NCBI GenBank assembly: GCA_009773335.1 | Contig: WRPF01000009.1 | Coordinates: 7,109 to 71,108, forward strand | DNA from: Caulobacteraceae bacterium | GTDB lineage: Bacteria > Pseudomonadota > Alphaproteobacteria > Caulobacterales > Aquidulcibacteraceae | DNA: 64,000 nucleotides | Direction of reading: 5' to 3' | Shown here: positions 1 through 8,949 of the stretch, one piece after another | Layout: each line of letters begins with the position of its first letter | Position numbering within the stretch: position 1 is the first letter of the stretch | Notes under the pieces: generated by a model | Seen by the model: the letters and a program-made list of their open reading frames with translations, nothing else | The model's database searches: none | Told to the model about the DNA's origin: nothing | Position numbers and translations under genes: made by a program

Positions 1-939
1 TTCGAGGCGGGCGCGGTAGTACCAGACGCTCGTGGCGATGGAGTCCGTCGCCAGGTAGATCATCACGTTCGTGAGCAGCTGGTCCTTTGTGTAGACGCGT
101 TCGATGTCGCCGTGATCGGCGAGATCGGACCAGCCGTGGAATTTTTCGAGGATCCAGGCGGCCGTGCCGACAGGCGAATCCATCAGGGCATGCGCCAGCG
201 TCTGAGGTTTCGTCGATTGCTCCTGGAAATAGGCGCCTTCAGCCTGCAGGGCGGCGCCCATGCGCGCGAGCCAGGCCGTCTCTTCATCCGTGTTCGGAAT
301 CGGCGGCGAGGGGCGCAGCGCCATCATGTTGAGGTGGATGCCGCGGCAAGCGCCGCCCGTCGCAGGCCCGTGATCGAGCCCGATGGCGGAGGTGACGAGC
401 GAACCCCAGTCGCCGCCCTGCGCGAGATAGGAGCTGTAGCCGAGCACATCGGTCATCAGCGCATTGAACAGCCGCGCTGTCGCGCGTTGCCCGAGCGGGC
501 GCTTCGGTTTGCCGGAAAACCCGTAGCCCGGCAGTGACGGGATCACGAGGTCGAATGCGTCCTCCGCCTTGCCGCCGTGGCGCGACGGGAACGCGAGCTT
601 CTCGATGGCGCCCCAGAACTCGTAGTGCGAGCCCGGCCAGCCATGCGTGATCAGCAGGGGCCGCTTGCCGTTCGCTTCGCCAACGACGTGTACGAAATGC
701 ACGTCAAGGCCATCGATGGTCGTGATGAACTGCGGATGCCGGTTGAGGTCGGCCTCCTGCGCGCGCCAGTCGAAACCGTCGACCCAGTAGGCGCATATCT
801 CGCGCAGCCAGGTGGTGTTGACGCCGCGCGACCACGTGGCGCCCTCGTCGTCGGGCGCAGGGAACCACGGATAGGCGCGTACGCGCGCGGTGATGGCGTC
901 GAGCTTCGATTGCGGCACGGTGACGCTGAAAGGTGTCAT
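1..939 (-). CDS. epoxide hydrolase (microsomal-EH-like alpha/beta hydrolase), C-terminal end runs off the window
   Basis: Absent from the ORF track because there is no stop inside the window. My own minus-strand translation from the ATG (complement of 937-939) gives MTPFSVTVPQSKLDAITARVRAYPWFPAPDDE...LLITHGWPGSHYEFW. This is an epoxide-hydrolase N-terminal domain followed by the HGWPGS motif. The frame stays open to base 1. Confidence 0.8.
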   Translation of the reverse strand, partial: MTPFSVTVPQSKLDAITARVRAYPWFPAPDDEGATWSRGVNTTWLREICAYWVDGFDWRAQEADLNRHPQFITTIDGLDVHFVHVVGEANGKRPLLITHGWPGSHYEFWGAIEKLAFPSRHGGKAEDAFDLVIPSLPGYGFSGKPKRPLGQRATARLFNALMTDVLGYSSYLAQGGDWGSLVTSAIGLDHGPATGGACRGIHLNMMALRPSPPIPNTDEETAWLARMGAALQAEGAYFQEQSTKPQTLAHALMDSPVGTAAWILEKFHGWSDLADHGDIERVYTKDQLLTNVMIYLATDSIATSVWYYRARLE

Positions 940-1048
940 GCGCGCGAGATTGCAGGCTCTCGCCCTTGCTGTCGATGGCGCCGCGGCGGCAGCCGCTTCC
1001 GGTCTGTCCGGTTTTGACTCGGGGGGTGGCGCACGGTAACGGCGGCGC

Positions 1049-2002
1049 ATGTCGGGACAACGCCTCATCCTCGCCGCGCTGGCGGCCGTCAGCCTCTTCC
1101 TGTCGGGTTGCGACAGGCTCGGGATCAACGCGCCGGTCGCGCCGTCGAAGAAGGCGGACCTAGCGGAAAAGCCCGCGCCGGAAATCGGCACGCTGGAATG
1201 GGCTGCGAGCGGGCCATGGCGGCTCGATCCCGAGCGCGATCGCTGGCGTCATCCTGTCGAGACACTGAAGTTCTACGGCCTCGCGCCGGGCATGACGGTC
1301 CTTGAGATCTATCCCGGGCGCGGCTGGTACACGAGCGTGCTCGCACCCTATCTCGCGAAGAATAATGGCCGTCTCATCGCGGCGTCCTTCGATCCCGCGA
1401 ACGCAACCGATGCGCAGAAGCAGACGCTCGACCAGTTCCGCGAGACCTTTCTCGACAAGCCCGAGGCCTTCGGCGTGGTTGCGATGAGCACACTCTCGCC
1501 GCGAAGCGCAGGTGTCGCGGAGGAGGGCTCCGCCGACATGGTCATCGTCTCGCGCAACATCCACACGCTGCTGGGCGAAGGATATGCAGAGAAGGCGTTC
1601 GCCGATTTCTACAAAGCGCTGAAGCCAGGCGGCATTCTTGGCATCGAACAGCACCGCGCGCGCTCGACGGGACTGCAGGATCCACAGGCGTCCAACGGCT
1701 ACGTGCAGGAGGCGTTCGTGAAGATGCTCGCCGAGGAAGCGGGTTTCGAGTTCGTCGGCTCCTCGGAAATCAACGCCAATCCGCGCGACGATCGGGACCA
1801 CCCGTTCGGCGTCTGGACGCTGCCGCCGACGCTGCGCACCGCCCCCCTCGGGCAAGACGCCGATCCGCATTTCGACACCGCGCCCTACCGCGCCATCGGT
1901 GAAAGCGACCGCATGACGCTGAAATTCCGCAAGCCCGGCGCGCCACCGGCCCCGACCGGCGCTGCAGCGCCTCCCGAGGCGCCAGCGGAAAAGAAAAAGT
2001 GA
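1049..2002 (+). CDS. lipoprotein, class I SAM-dependent methyltransferase-like
   Basis: 317 aa. Signal peptide with lipobox LFLSGC. VLEIYPGRGWYT and LKPGGILGI resemble SAM-binding motifs. The stop overlaps the next start (GTGA at 1999-2002). Confidence 0.65.
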   Translation: MSGQRLILAALAAVSLFLSGCDRLGINAPVAPSKKADLAEKPAPEIGTLEWAASGPWRLDPERDRWRHPVETLKFYGLAPGMTVLEIYPGRGWYTSVLAPYLAKNNGRLIAASFDPANATDAQKQTLDQFRETFLDKPEAFGVVAMSTLSPRSAGVAEEGSADMVIVSRNIHTLLGEGYAEKAFADFYKALKPGGILGIEQHRARSTGLQDPQASNGYVQEAFVKMLAEEAGFEFVGSSEINANPRDDRDHPFGVWTLPPTLRTAPLGQDADPHFDTAPYRAIGESDRMTLKFRKPGAPPAPTGAAAPPEAPAEKKK

Positions 2003-2664
2003 TCCGGCGGATATTGATCGGAGCGATGGCCGCGGTTGCGGCGGCGTTCGCGGCGGCGGCATTCGCCCAGGAACGTCGCGATCTCGCGGGCCGCTTCGAC
2101 TACTACCTGCTGTCGTTGTCCTGGAGCCCGACCTATTGCGCCGACGCCGGCGGGCGTGATCCCGCGCAGTGCGGTCGCGATCGCCACTACGCGTTCGTCG
2201 TCCACGGACTATGGCCCCAGCACGAGCGCGGATGGCCCGCCAACTGCGCGAGCACGCAACCGCTGGATGTGCCGGCGCCGCTCAAGCGTTCCATGCTCGA
2301 CATCATGCCGAGCCCCCGGCTTGTGGAGCACGAGTGGGACGACCACGGAACGTGCACGGGCCTGACGCCGCAGGCGTACTTCGGCCTGACGCGGCGGGTT
2401 CGCGACAAGGTCACGATCCCGTCCGCATATTTGGCGCTCGATCGCCGGCTCATGGTCACGGGCGCTGACGTCGAGACCGCGTTCGTGGCGGCCAATCCCG
2501 GTCTGAAACGCGACATGATCGCCGTGCAGTGCGACCGCGCGCGCCTCAGGGAAGTGCGGATCTGCACAACGAAGTCGGGCGCTTTCCGCTCCTGCGGTCG
2601 CGACGTACGCGACCGCTGCGGCCCCGAGCGCGTGGCGATGCTTCCTGTCCGCACGACGCGCTGA
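1999..2664 (+). CDS. ribonuclease T2 family (RNase I-like), secreted
   Basis: 221 aa. Signal peptide ...AAAFAQE. CAS-I motif FVVHGLWPQ and CAS-II motif VEHEWDDHGTC. Confidence 0.85.
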   Translation: MIRRILIGAMAAVAAAFAAAAFAQERRDLAGRFDYYLLSLSWSPTYCADAGGRDPAQCGRDRHYAFVVHGLWPQHERGWPANCASTQPLDVPAPLKRSMLDIMPSPRLVEHEWDDHGTCTGLTPQAYFGLTRRVRDKVTIPSAYLALDRRLMVTGADVETAFVAANPGLKRDMIAVQCDRARLREVRICTTKSGAFRSCGRDVRDRCGPERVAMLPVRTTR

Positions 2665-2665
2665 A

Positions 2666-2690
2666 CCCTCCCCCGCGTCGCAGGGGAGGG
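2666..2690. terminator. hairpin between convergent genes (8-bp GC stem CCCTCCCC/GGGGAGGG, 9-nt loop)
   Basis: Read directly. 2666-2673 pairs with 2683-2690. It sits in the 33-nt gap between the RNase T2 stop and the EF-G-like stop. No T tract. Confidence 0.5.
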
Positions 2691-2697
2691 CCTGCGC

Positions 2698-4731
2698 TCA
2701 TGCCGCCGCCTTCGCCTTCTGCACGATCTCCTGCGCCTCGCGGCCCGTGAGCTCGGCCATGTGGGCGAACGCGGCTTCGTAGGTCCCGAGCCCCTGCGTG
2801 ATCGAGCGCAGGTCGATGATCAGGTCGTGGCGATCCGCCTGCGGCAGGTAGGCTTCGATGCGGTCCCAGCCGGGCCAGCCGTCACGCGCGTCGAATCCGA
2901 GGATCTGGCCGCGCCGACTTGAGAGCATCGAATTGATCTTCGAGGTCGCGGTGTTCGGCGCGTAGATCGTGATTTTCTCCACAGGCTCGAGCAGGATCGG
3001 TTCGCATTGCGGCAAGCCCTCGCTCATGGCGACGCGACCGGCGGTACGGAAGGCGATTTCCGAACTGTCGACCGCGTGTGCGCTGCCGTCCGTGAGCGTC
3101 ACCGCGAGATCGACGACCGGGAAGCCAAGCGGGCCCTTCTCCAGCCCGTCGCGCACGCCCGCCTCGACGGCGGGAATATACTGGCGCGGCACCACGCCGC
3201 CGTGGATTTTCTCCGTGAATTCGAAGCCGGAAGAGCGTGGACGCGCGGCGATCTCGACGACAACGTCGCCGAACTGGCCGTGGCCGCCGGACTGCTTCTT
3301 GTGACGCCCGCGCACCGTCGCGCCCTTGCGGATGGTTTCCTTGTAGGCGCTCTTCGGTCGCGACGTCGTCACCGCGACCCCATAGCGCCGCTTCATCCGG
3401 TCGAGCGCAATGCGCAGATGCACTTCGCCCTGGCCCTCAAGCACGAGTTCGTGCGTCTCCGGATTCATCGCGAACTTCAGCGTCGGGTCTTCTTCGGCGA
3501 GCTTGGCCATCGACTGGGAAAGACGCACGTCGTCCTTGCGGTCCTGCGGTGCGATGGCCAGCGCATAGACCCCGAAGCGCGCCGGCCGCGCGCTGTTGGC
3601 GGCTTGCGGGCGGGCCTCTGCGCTGAGGAAATCGCCCGGTCGCGCGCTTTCCATCCGACCCACCGCGACGACCTCGCCGACATCTGCGGTGTTCGCCTTC
3701 TTCTGCGCGGCGCCTGTCAGGTGCACGACGCCTGAGGCGCGGAGCTTTTCGCCGTCGGGCCGCAGCAGTTCGGCTCCATCCGCTACTGCGCCGCCGAAGG
3801 CGCGCGCAAAGCTCTGCTTGCCGGCCTGACCCGCGTGCGATGTCTTGAACACGAAGAGACCCGCCCCTGAAACGCCAAGACGCTTCTGCGCGGCGTCCGG
3901 CGCCGGCGTCTCGTGCCGCAGCGCCTTGAGCAGGCGATTGACGCCGCCGTCGGCCTGCGCGGAGCCGAGGAATACTGGCGCGATCAGCACTTCGCGCATC
4001 TCGTGCACGAGATCGTCGAAGACAGCGTCCACGCTCGGCGTCTGGTCGGAGAGCAGCTGCTCCATCAGCGTGTCGTCGTAGTCCGCGAGCTTTTCGAGCA
4101 TTGTGAAGCGCGCTTCGTGCTCGCGGTCGAGAATGTTCTTCGGAATGTCGACGCGTTCGGACGGCTTGCCCGTCCGGTAGACATAGGCGCGCTCCAGCGC
4201 GAGATCGACGTAGCCGGTCGCCTTCTCGTTTTCCCAGATCGGAATCTGGCGCGCCACGAGCGGAATGCTGCTGACCGCCTGCAACGCCTCCAGAAGATCT
4301 CGGAGGCGACCGCGCGCGGTATCCATCTTGTTGACGAAGAGGAGACGCGGCACGCCGAGACGGTCGAGTTCGAGCAGCGTCGGCTGCAGCAGGATGGCCT
4401 TGTCGGGATCGGGGTCGCATACGACCACCGCGAGATCGACGGCGGAAAGCGTATGGTCGAGCTCGCCGGCGAATTCGTTGGAGCCGGGCAGGTCGATCAG
4501 GGCGTAGCGGTCGCCTTCGTGGGTGAAACTCGCGATCGACATCTCGACCGATTGTCCGCGTGCACGCGCCTCGGGGCTCGCATCGCCCACCGTTGTGCCC
4601 GTCAGGACCGCGCCTTGCCGTTCGATGGCGCCGGCCGAGAACAACAACGCTTCCATGAGCGTTGTCTTGCCGGCGCCGTTCGGTCCTACGAGCGCGACCG
4701 CTCTCGCGGCCGCTGATCTGCCTCTCGCCAT
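2698..4731 (-). CDS. elongation factor G-like translational GTPase (divergent paralog)
   Basis: 677 aa. P-loop GPNGAGKT, G3 DLPG, G4 NKMD, then EF-G domain II-V-like sequence (GQGEVHLRIALDRMKRRYGV, GFPVVDLAVTLTDGSAH). Confidence 0.85.
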   Translation of the reverse strand: MARGRSAAARAVALVGPNGAGKTTLMEALLFSAGAIERQGAVLTGTTVGDASPEARARGQSVEMSIASFTHEGDRYALIDLPGSNEFAGELDHTLSAVDLAVVVCDPDPDKAILLQPTLLELDRLGVPRLLFVNKMDTARGRLRDLLEALQAVSSIPLVARQIPIWENEKATGYVDLALERAYVYRTGKPSERVDIPKNILDREHEARFTMLEKLADYDDTLMEQLLSDQTPSVDAVFDDLVHEMREVLIAPVFLGSAQADGGVNRLLKALRHETPAPDAAQKRLGVSGAGLFVFKTSHAGQAGKQSFARAFGGAVADGAELLRPDGEKLRASGVVHLTGAAQKKANTADVGEVVAVGRMESARPGDFLSAEARPQAANSARPARFGVYALAIAPQDRKDDVRLSQSMAKLAEEDPTLKFAMNPETHELVLEGQGEVHLRIALDRMKRRYGVAVTTSRPKSAYKETIRKGATVRGRHKKQSGGHGQFGDVVVEIAARPRSSGFEFTEKIHGGVVPRQYIPAVEAGVRDGLEKGPLGFPVVDLAVTLTDGSAHAVDSSEIAFRTAGRVAMSEGLPQCEPILLEPVEKITIYAPNTATSKINSMLSSRRGQILGFDARDGWPGWDRIEAYLPQADRHDLIIDLRSITQGLGTYEAAFAHMAELTGREAQEIVQKAKAAA

Positions 4732-4927
4732 GGTTCGCTCCTCATCGCGCCCCGCGTTTTGGGTCGTCGAGGCGCATTCGGCGCGTGCGGGGCATCCGCC
4801 CGCGCAGGCCTCAGGTCACGCCGGTTTCGCGTTTCGCGCAAGGGGGAAATGCGCGCGCGCGGCCTCCGGCATGCACCTGCAGGGCGTTTCAAGTTGTCGC
4901 GCGTGCGCGCGCTGCATCCGATAACGT

Positions 4928-5896
4928 ATGAACGCGCAGACCTCCGCGATGAAGGCCACGATTGTGGCCGGCCTGCTTGGCGCTCTGATCGCCGTATCGC
5001 ATGTCTTTTCGTCCGGCCTGATAGGCGTTTGCGGGTTGGCGGTAGCCGTGGCGGCGTGCAGCGCGCGGTCGCTTGACGTCGCCGTGACAGCCGCCGGCTG
5101 GGGGCTCGCCCTCCTCATGTTCGGACCCGCAGGGGCTGGTTGTTTTATTCTGGCGCAGGGGTTCGTCTCGTTGTCGGTCGCAATCGCGCCGCGCCCGCAG
5201 TCTCTCGGGGCGCCGTTGCTGGCTACGGTCGCCGTCGCGGCTGTCGTCGCCGTCTCGGGCGCGCCGCTGATCGAATTAGTGCTGGGCGCAGGCGGACGGA
5301 CGACGGCTGAACTCGTTTGCATTTTCGCCGTCGGCGCGCCGGGGCTGCTGCTCGGTCGCCTCGCGTCCGCCGCGGCGGGCGCGGAGCGGTACGAAGCGAT
5401 ACAGGTGGCGGCGCTCGGTCCGCTGTTCCTGGCGATGGTGGTCGCGGCGAAGCTCGGGGGATTGAACGGCGCGGCGTCGGCGGTTTCGGTCGGCTGGCTC
5501 GCGACGCCCTTGATCGTCCTTTTGCTCGCACCTGCACAATACGCGGATCTGGCGAGGGGCGCGTTCGGGGTGCTGGCGGCGGGTCTGGTCGCCGCGGTCG
5601 CCATGGGCGCGGTCACGGCGACCGGAAACCTTCCGTTAACCATGATCGCGGGCCTGCTGGCGGGCGTCACGGCGCTCAGGGTGCATGCCCCCAACGTGGC
5701 GCAGGTGATCGGCGCGCGCGCCAGAGCGTCGATCACACATGCGTTCACCGCCAGAGCGCCGGGCGGCGAGGCGCTCTATCGGGTGAAGTCCGGCCAGCCG
5801 CGGTCCTTGTCGGAGACGAAAGCGACCGGTATCGGCCACTCGAGACCAAGGCCCGGGTCGTTGAAGCGGACGCCCCGCTCCGCCCCCGGCGCATAG
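4928..5896 (+). CDS. hypothetical polytopic membrane protein (Ala/Gly/Leu/Val-rich)
   Basis: 322-aa ORF with several hydrophobic segments and consistently G/C-rich third positions. The opposite-strand ORF 4816-5748 translates to low-complexity sequence. The C-terminal 121 nt overlap the convergent epimerase gene, so the true end is uncertain. Confidence 0.45.
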   Translation: MNAQTSAMKATIVAGLLGALIAVSHVFSSGLIGVCGLAVAVAACSARSLDVAVTAAGWGLALLMFGPAGAGCFILAQGFVSLSVAIAPRPQSLGAPLLATVAVAAVVAVSGAPLIELVLGAGGRTTAELVCIFAVGAPGLLLGRLASAAAGAERYEAIQVAALGPLFLAMVVAAKLGGLNGAASAVSVGWLATPLIVLLLAPAQYADLARGAFGVLAAGLVAAVAMGAVTATGNLPLTMIAGLLAGVTALRVHAPNVAQVIGARARASITHAFTARAPGGEALYRVKSGQPRSLSETKATGIGHSRPRPGSLKRTPRSAPGA

Positions 5897-6309
5897 GGCT
5901 GGCTGACCATGTAGGTGATCTCGGTGTCGTCCTCGAGCGACAGAAACCCGTGCGCGAAGCCGGGCGGGAGATAGAGCAGCCGTCGTTCCGACGGGTCGAG
6001 GACGTGGTGCTCTGACTGCCCGAAAGTGGGACTGCCGGGACGCATGTCGACCAGCATTTCATAGGCGCATCCCGCAATGCAGCGAACGAGCTTGGCCTCG
6101 GCGTGTCCCCCGGTCTGCCAGTGCAGCCCCTTCAACGTGCCCTTTTTCGGGGAGAAGTTGGTGTTCATCTGCGGAAAGGAGGTCTCCATTCCGTGCTTCT
6201 CGAATTCGGCTGCGCAGAAGACGCGGGCGAAGAAACCACGGTCATCGCCGCGTTTCTCGAGATCGAGCAGCCAGACTCCGTCCAGCCGACCCCTGTTGAA
6301 GATCATTGC
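5776..6309 (-). CDS. RmlC-like sugar-nucleotide 3,5-epimerase (cupin)
   Basis: Start placed at internal ATG 6309 (MIFNRGRLDGVWLLD...). RmlC-type residues: His in LKGLHWQ, Lys in AKLVRC, Tyr in ITYMVS. PPGFAHGF is present. Confidence 0.8.
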   Translation of the reverse strand, partial: AMIFNRGRLDGVWLLDLEKRGDDRGFFARVFCAAEFEKHGMETSFPQMNTNFSPKKGTLKGLHWQTGGHAEAKLVRCIAGCAYEMLVDMRPGSPTFGQSEHHVLDPSERRLLYLPPGFAHGFLSLEDDTEITYMVSQPYAPGAERGVRFNDPGLGLEWPIPVAFVSDKDRGWPDFTR

Positions 6310-6348
6310 ATGCTCCTGCGGCCGCTCGCTCGCCCTTGCGTCGGCGGA

Positions 6349-6364
6349 TGGCACGGTAATGGCA
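6349..6364 (+). promoter_or_regulatory. candidate sigma54 (-24/-12) promoter TGGCACG-N4-TGGCA
   Basis: Read directly: tggcacggtaatggca. GG and GC have the canonical 10-nt separation, with one mismatch to TGGCACG-N4-TTGCW. It lies in the divergent intergenic region, about 190 nt upstream of the ATG at 6551. Confidence 0.3.
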
Positions 6365-6550
6365 AGTAACGTGCTCGCACAGGTTGCGCCGAATTGGCAC
6401 ATCGGCGCCGACCGTCTCGCGCTCGCGGGGAAATCTTCCGAGATTTTTGCTGCATGCGCGAAGGTACGTGATATTAGCTGGGGCCGTCGTTATGACGCCT
6501 CTGTAATCATTTGGCGCTGCCGGCGCCCCAGAGCAGGAAGCGGGAAGACC

Positions 6551-7585
6551 ATGAAAGTCCTCGTCACGGGCATCGACGGCTATATCGGCGCCATCCTCGG
6601 GCCATACCTGATGGAACGCGGCCTCGATGTGACGGGCTTCGACACGGGCTTCTACCGCCAGGGCTGGCTCTATCCGATGGGCGGTCCGCGCCCGCAGGTC
6701 ATCACCAAGGACCTGCGCGAGGTGACCGCGAAGGATCTGGAAGGCTTCGACGCCGTCTGCCACCTCGCAGAGCTCTCCAACGACCCGATCGGCCAGCAGG
6801 ACCCGGGCCTCACCCATGAGATCAACCACGGCGGGTCGGTCCGCATCGCGCAGGCGGCGAAGGAGGCCGGCGTCTCCCGCTTCGTCTACACTTCTTCGTG
6901 CAGCGTCTACGGCGCCAACCCGCCGGACGCCGAGTTCGTCGATGAATCCTCGCCGACTTCGCCGCTCACCGCCTATGCTGAATGCAAGGCCAAGGTCGAG
7001 CGGGACGTGATCCCCATGGCTGACGCGAATTTTGCGCCCTGCTTCCTGCGCAACGCGACGGCCTACGGCGCTAGCCCGCGCCAGCGTTTCGACATCGTGC
7101 TCAACGATTTCGCCGGCCTCGCTTGGACCACCCGGGCGATCAAGCTGAACAGCGACGGCTCCGCATGGCGTCCGCTCGTCCACATCGAGGACATCAGCCA
7201 GGCGATCTATCTGTCGCTGAAGGCCCCCAAGGACGTCATCTCCGGCCAGGTGTTCAACGTCGGCAGCTCCGACCAGAATTACCGCGCGATCGAGATCGCG
7301 AAGGCCGTGAAGGACGAGTTTGAAGGCTGCACGCTCGATGTTGGGGCGACCTCGGTCGACAACCGCAGCTACCGCGTGAACTTCGACAAGATCGGCAAGC
7401 TCCTGCCGGAATTCCGGTGCCAATGGACCGCGCAGAAGGGCGCCCGTCAGATGCGCGAGATGTTCGAGCACATTGGTCTGACGGAGGAAGTGTTCCGCTC
7501 CGAGCCGTACACCCGCCTCAAGATGCTGATGAAGCACCGCAAGACAGGCCTGCTGAACGACAAGCTCTACTGGCAATTTCGCTAA
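6551..7585 (+). CDS. NAD-dependent epimerase/dehydratase (extended SDR)
   Basis: Start at internal ATG 6551 (MKVLVTGIDGYIG = GxxGxxG). YAECK = YxxxK. 344 aa. Confidence 0.85.
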   Translation: MKVLVTGIDGYIGAILGPYLMERGLDVTGFDTGFYRQGWLYPMGGPRPQVITKDLREVTAKDLEGFDAVCHLAELSNDPIGQQDPGLTHEINHGGSVRIAQAAKEAGVSRFVYTSSCSVYGANPPDAEFVDESSPTSPLTAYAECKAKVERDVIPMADANFAPCFLRNATAYGASPRQRFDIVLNDFAGLAWTTRAIKLNSDGSAWRPLVHIEDISQAIYLSLKAPKDVISGQVFNVGSSDQNYRAIEIAKAVKDEFEGCTLDVGATSVDNRSYRVNFDKIGKLLPEFRCQWTAQKGARQMREMFEHIGLTEEVFRSEPYTRLKMLMKHRKTGLLNDKLYWQFR

Positions 7586-7618
7586 TCTCGCGCTGCCAGT
7601 CGGTCGGGGAGACAAGAC

Positions 7619-8947
7619 ATGATCATCGTTGACAAGGCTCTCGCCGCACGCGCCGCCGAAGGTCGTCCGGTGCGGGTCGGAATCGTCGGCGCCGGTGTCA
7701 TGAGCAAGGCGGTTACCCGCCAGATCAGGCGCAAGGCGCCCGGCATGCAGGTGGTCGCGATTGCGAACCGCCGCATCGAGCCGGCGATTGAGGCCTTCGA
7801 GGCCGCCGGATACGGCGCGCCGGTCGTCTGCGACACAAAGGCCGCGATCACGCGCGCCATCGAGAGCGGTCGCCCGGCGGTGACGCTCAATCACATCGCA
7901 CTCGCCCAAGCCGACGGCATCGACGTGATCGTGGAAGCCACCGGCGCCTTTGAACACGCGGCGCAGGCCGTCTCCGCAGCGATCGAAGCAGGCAAGCATG
8001 TCGTGCTCGTCAACGCCGAACTCGATGGCACGGTCGGGCCGATCCTCAAGGTGAAGGCTGATCGCGCAGGCGTCTGCTACACGGCCGCCGACGGCGACCA
8101 GCCGGGCGTGCAGATGAATCTAGTGCGCCACGTGCAGGGCATGGGCATGCGCGTGGTCCTCTGTGGCAACATCAAGGGCCTGCAGGACCGCTACCGTACG
8201 CCCGAGACGCAGCGCGCCTTCGCCGAGAAATGGGGCCTCAAGCCCTACATGGTCACCTCCTTTGCGGACGGCTCCAAGATATCGTTCGAGCAGACCGTCA
8301 TCGCCAACGGCATGGGCATGCGCGTGGCGAAGCGCGGCATGGTCGGCCCCGACTTCTCAAGCGGCGATGTCACCAGGCCGCTGGTGCGTATCGAAGAGTC
8401 GCTGCCGCTGCTTGGCCCGCACATCGATCCCAACGGTCCCGGAATCGTCGACTACGTCGTCGGCGCGAGCCCGGGTCCCGGCATCTTCGTCTATGCGATC
8501 GAGGACGATCCGCAGGACAGGAAACACCTCGCCTACATGAAGATGGGCGACGGCCCGTACTACTGCTTCTACGTGCCATATCACCTGTGCCACCTCGAAG
8601 TGCCCAGCTCCATCGCGCGCGCCGCCCTGTTCAGGGATGCGACGCTCGCGCCGCTCGGCGCGCCGAGCGTGGGCGTCATCACCGGCGCCAAGCGTGACCT
8701 GAAAGCGGGTGAAGAAATCGATCCGGTCGGCGGCTTCATGACCTACGGCATGTGCGAGAACGCCGACACGATCGAGGCGGAAGGCCTCTTGCCGATCGGT
8801 CTGGCCGAAGGTTGCCGCCTGAAACGCGACATCGCCAAAGATGCGGTGATCGGCGTCGCCGATGTGGAATTCCCGGCCGATCGCCTGATCGACCGGCTGT
8901 ATCGCGAGCAGGCCGCCATGTTTGGCATGCGTGTTGCGGCGGAGTGA
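7619..8947 (+). CDS. NAD(P)-binding oxidoreductase with C-terminal SAF-like domain (homoserine-dehydrogenase-like fold, function unknown)
   Basis: 442 aa. Rossmann N-terminus VRVGIVGAGVMSK. C-terminal ITGAKRDLKAGEEI resembles a SAF domain. Sits 2 nt upstream of the cytidylyltransferase gene. Confidence 0.7.
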   Translation: MIIVDKALAARAAEGRPVRVGIVGAGVMSKAVTRQIRRKAPGMQVVAIANRRIEPAIEAFEAAGYGAPVVCDTKAAITRAIESGRPAVTLNHIALAQADGIDVIVEATGAFEHAAQAVSAAIEAGKHVVLVNAELDGTVGPILKVKADRAGVCYTAADGDQPGVQMNLVRHVQGMGMRVVLCGNIKGLQDRYRTPETQRAFAEKWGLKPYMVTSFADGSKISFEQTVIANGMGMRVAKRGMVGPDFSSGDVTRPLVRIEESLPLLGPHIDPNGPGIVDYVVGASPGPGIFVYAIEDDPQDRKHLAYMKMGDGPYYCFYVPYHLCHLEVPSSIARAALFRDATLAPLGAPSVGVITGAKRDLKAGEEIDPVGGFMTYGMCENADTIEAEGLLPIGLAEGCRLKRDIAKDAVIGVADVEFPADRLIDRLYREQAAMFGMRVAAE

Positions 8948-8949
8948 GC

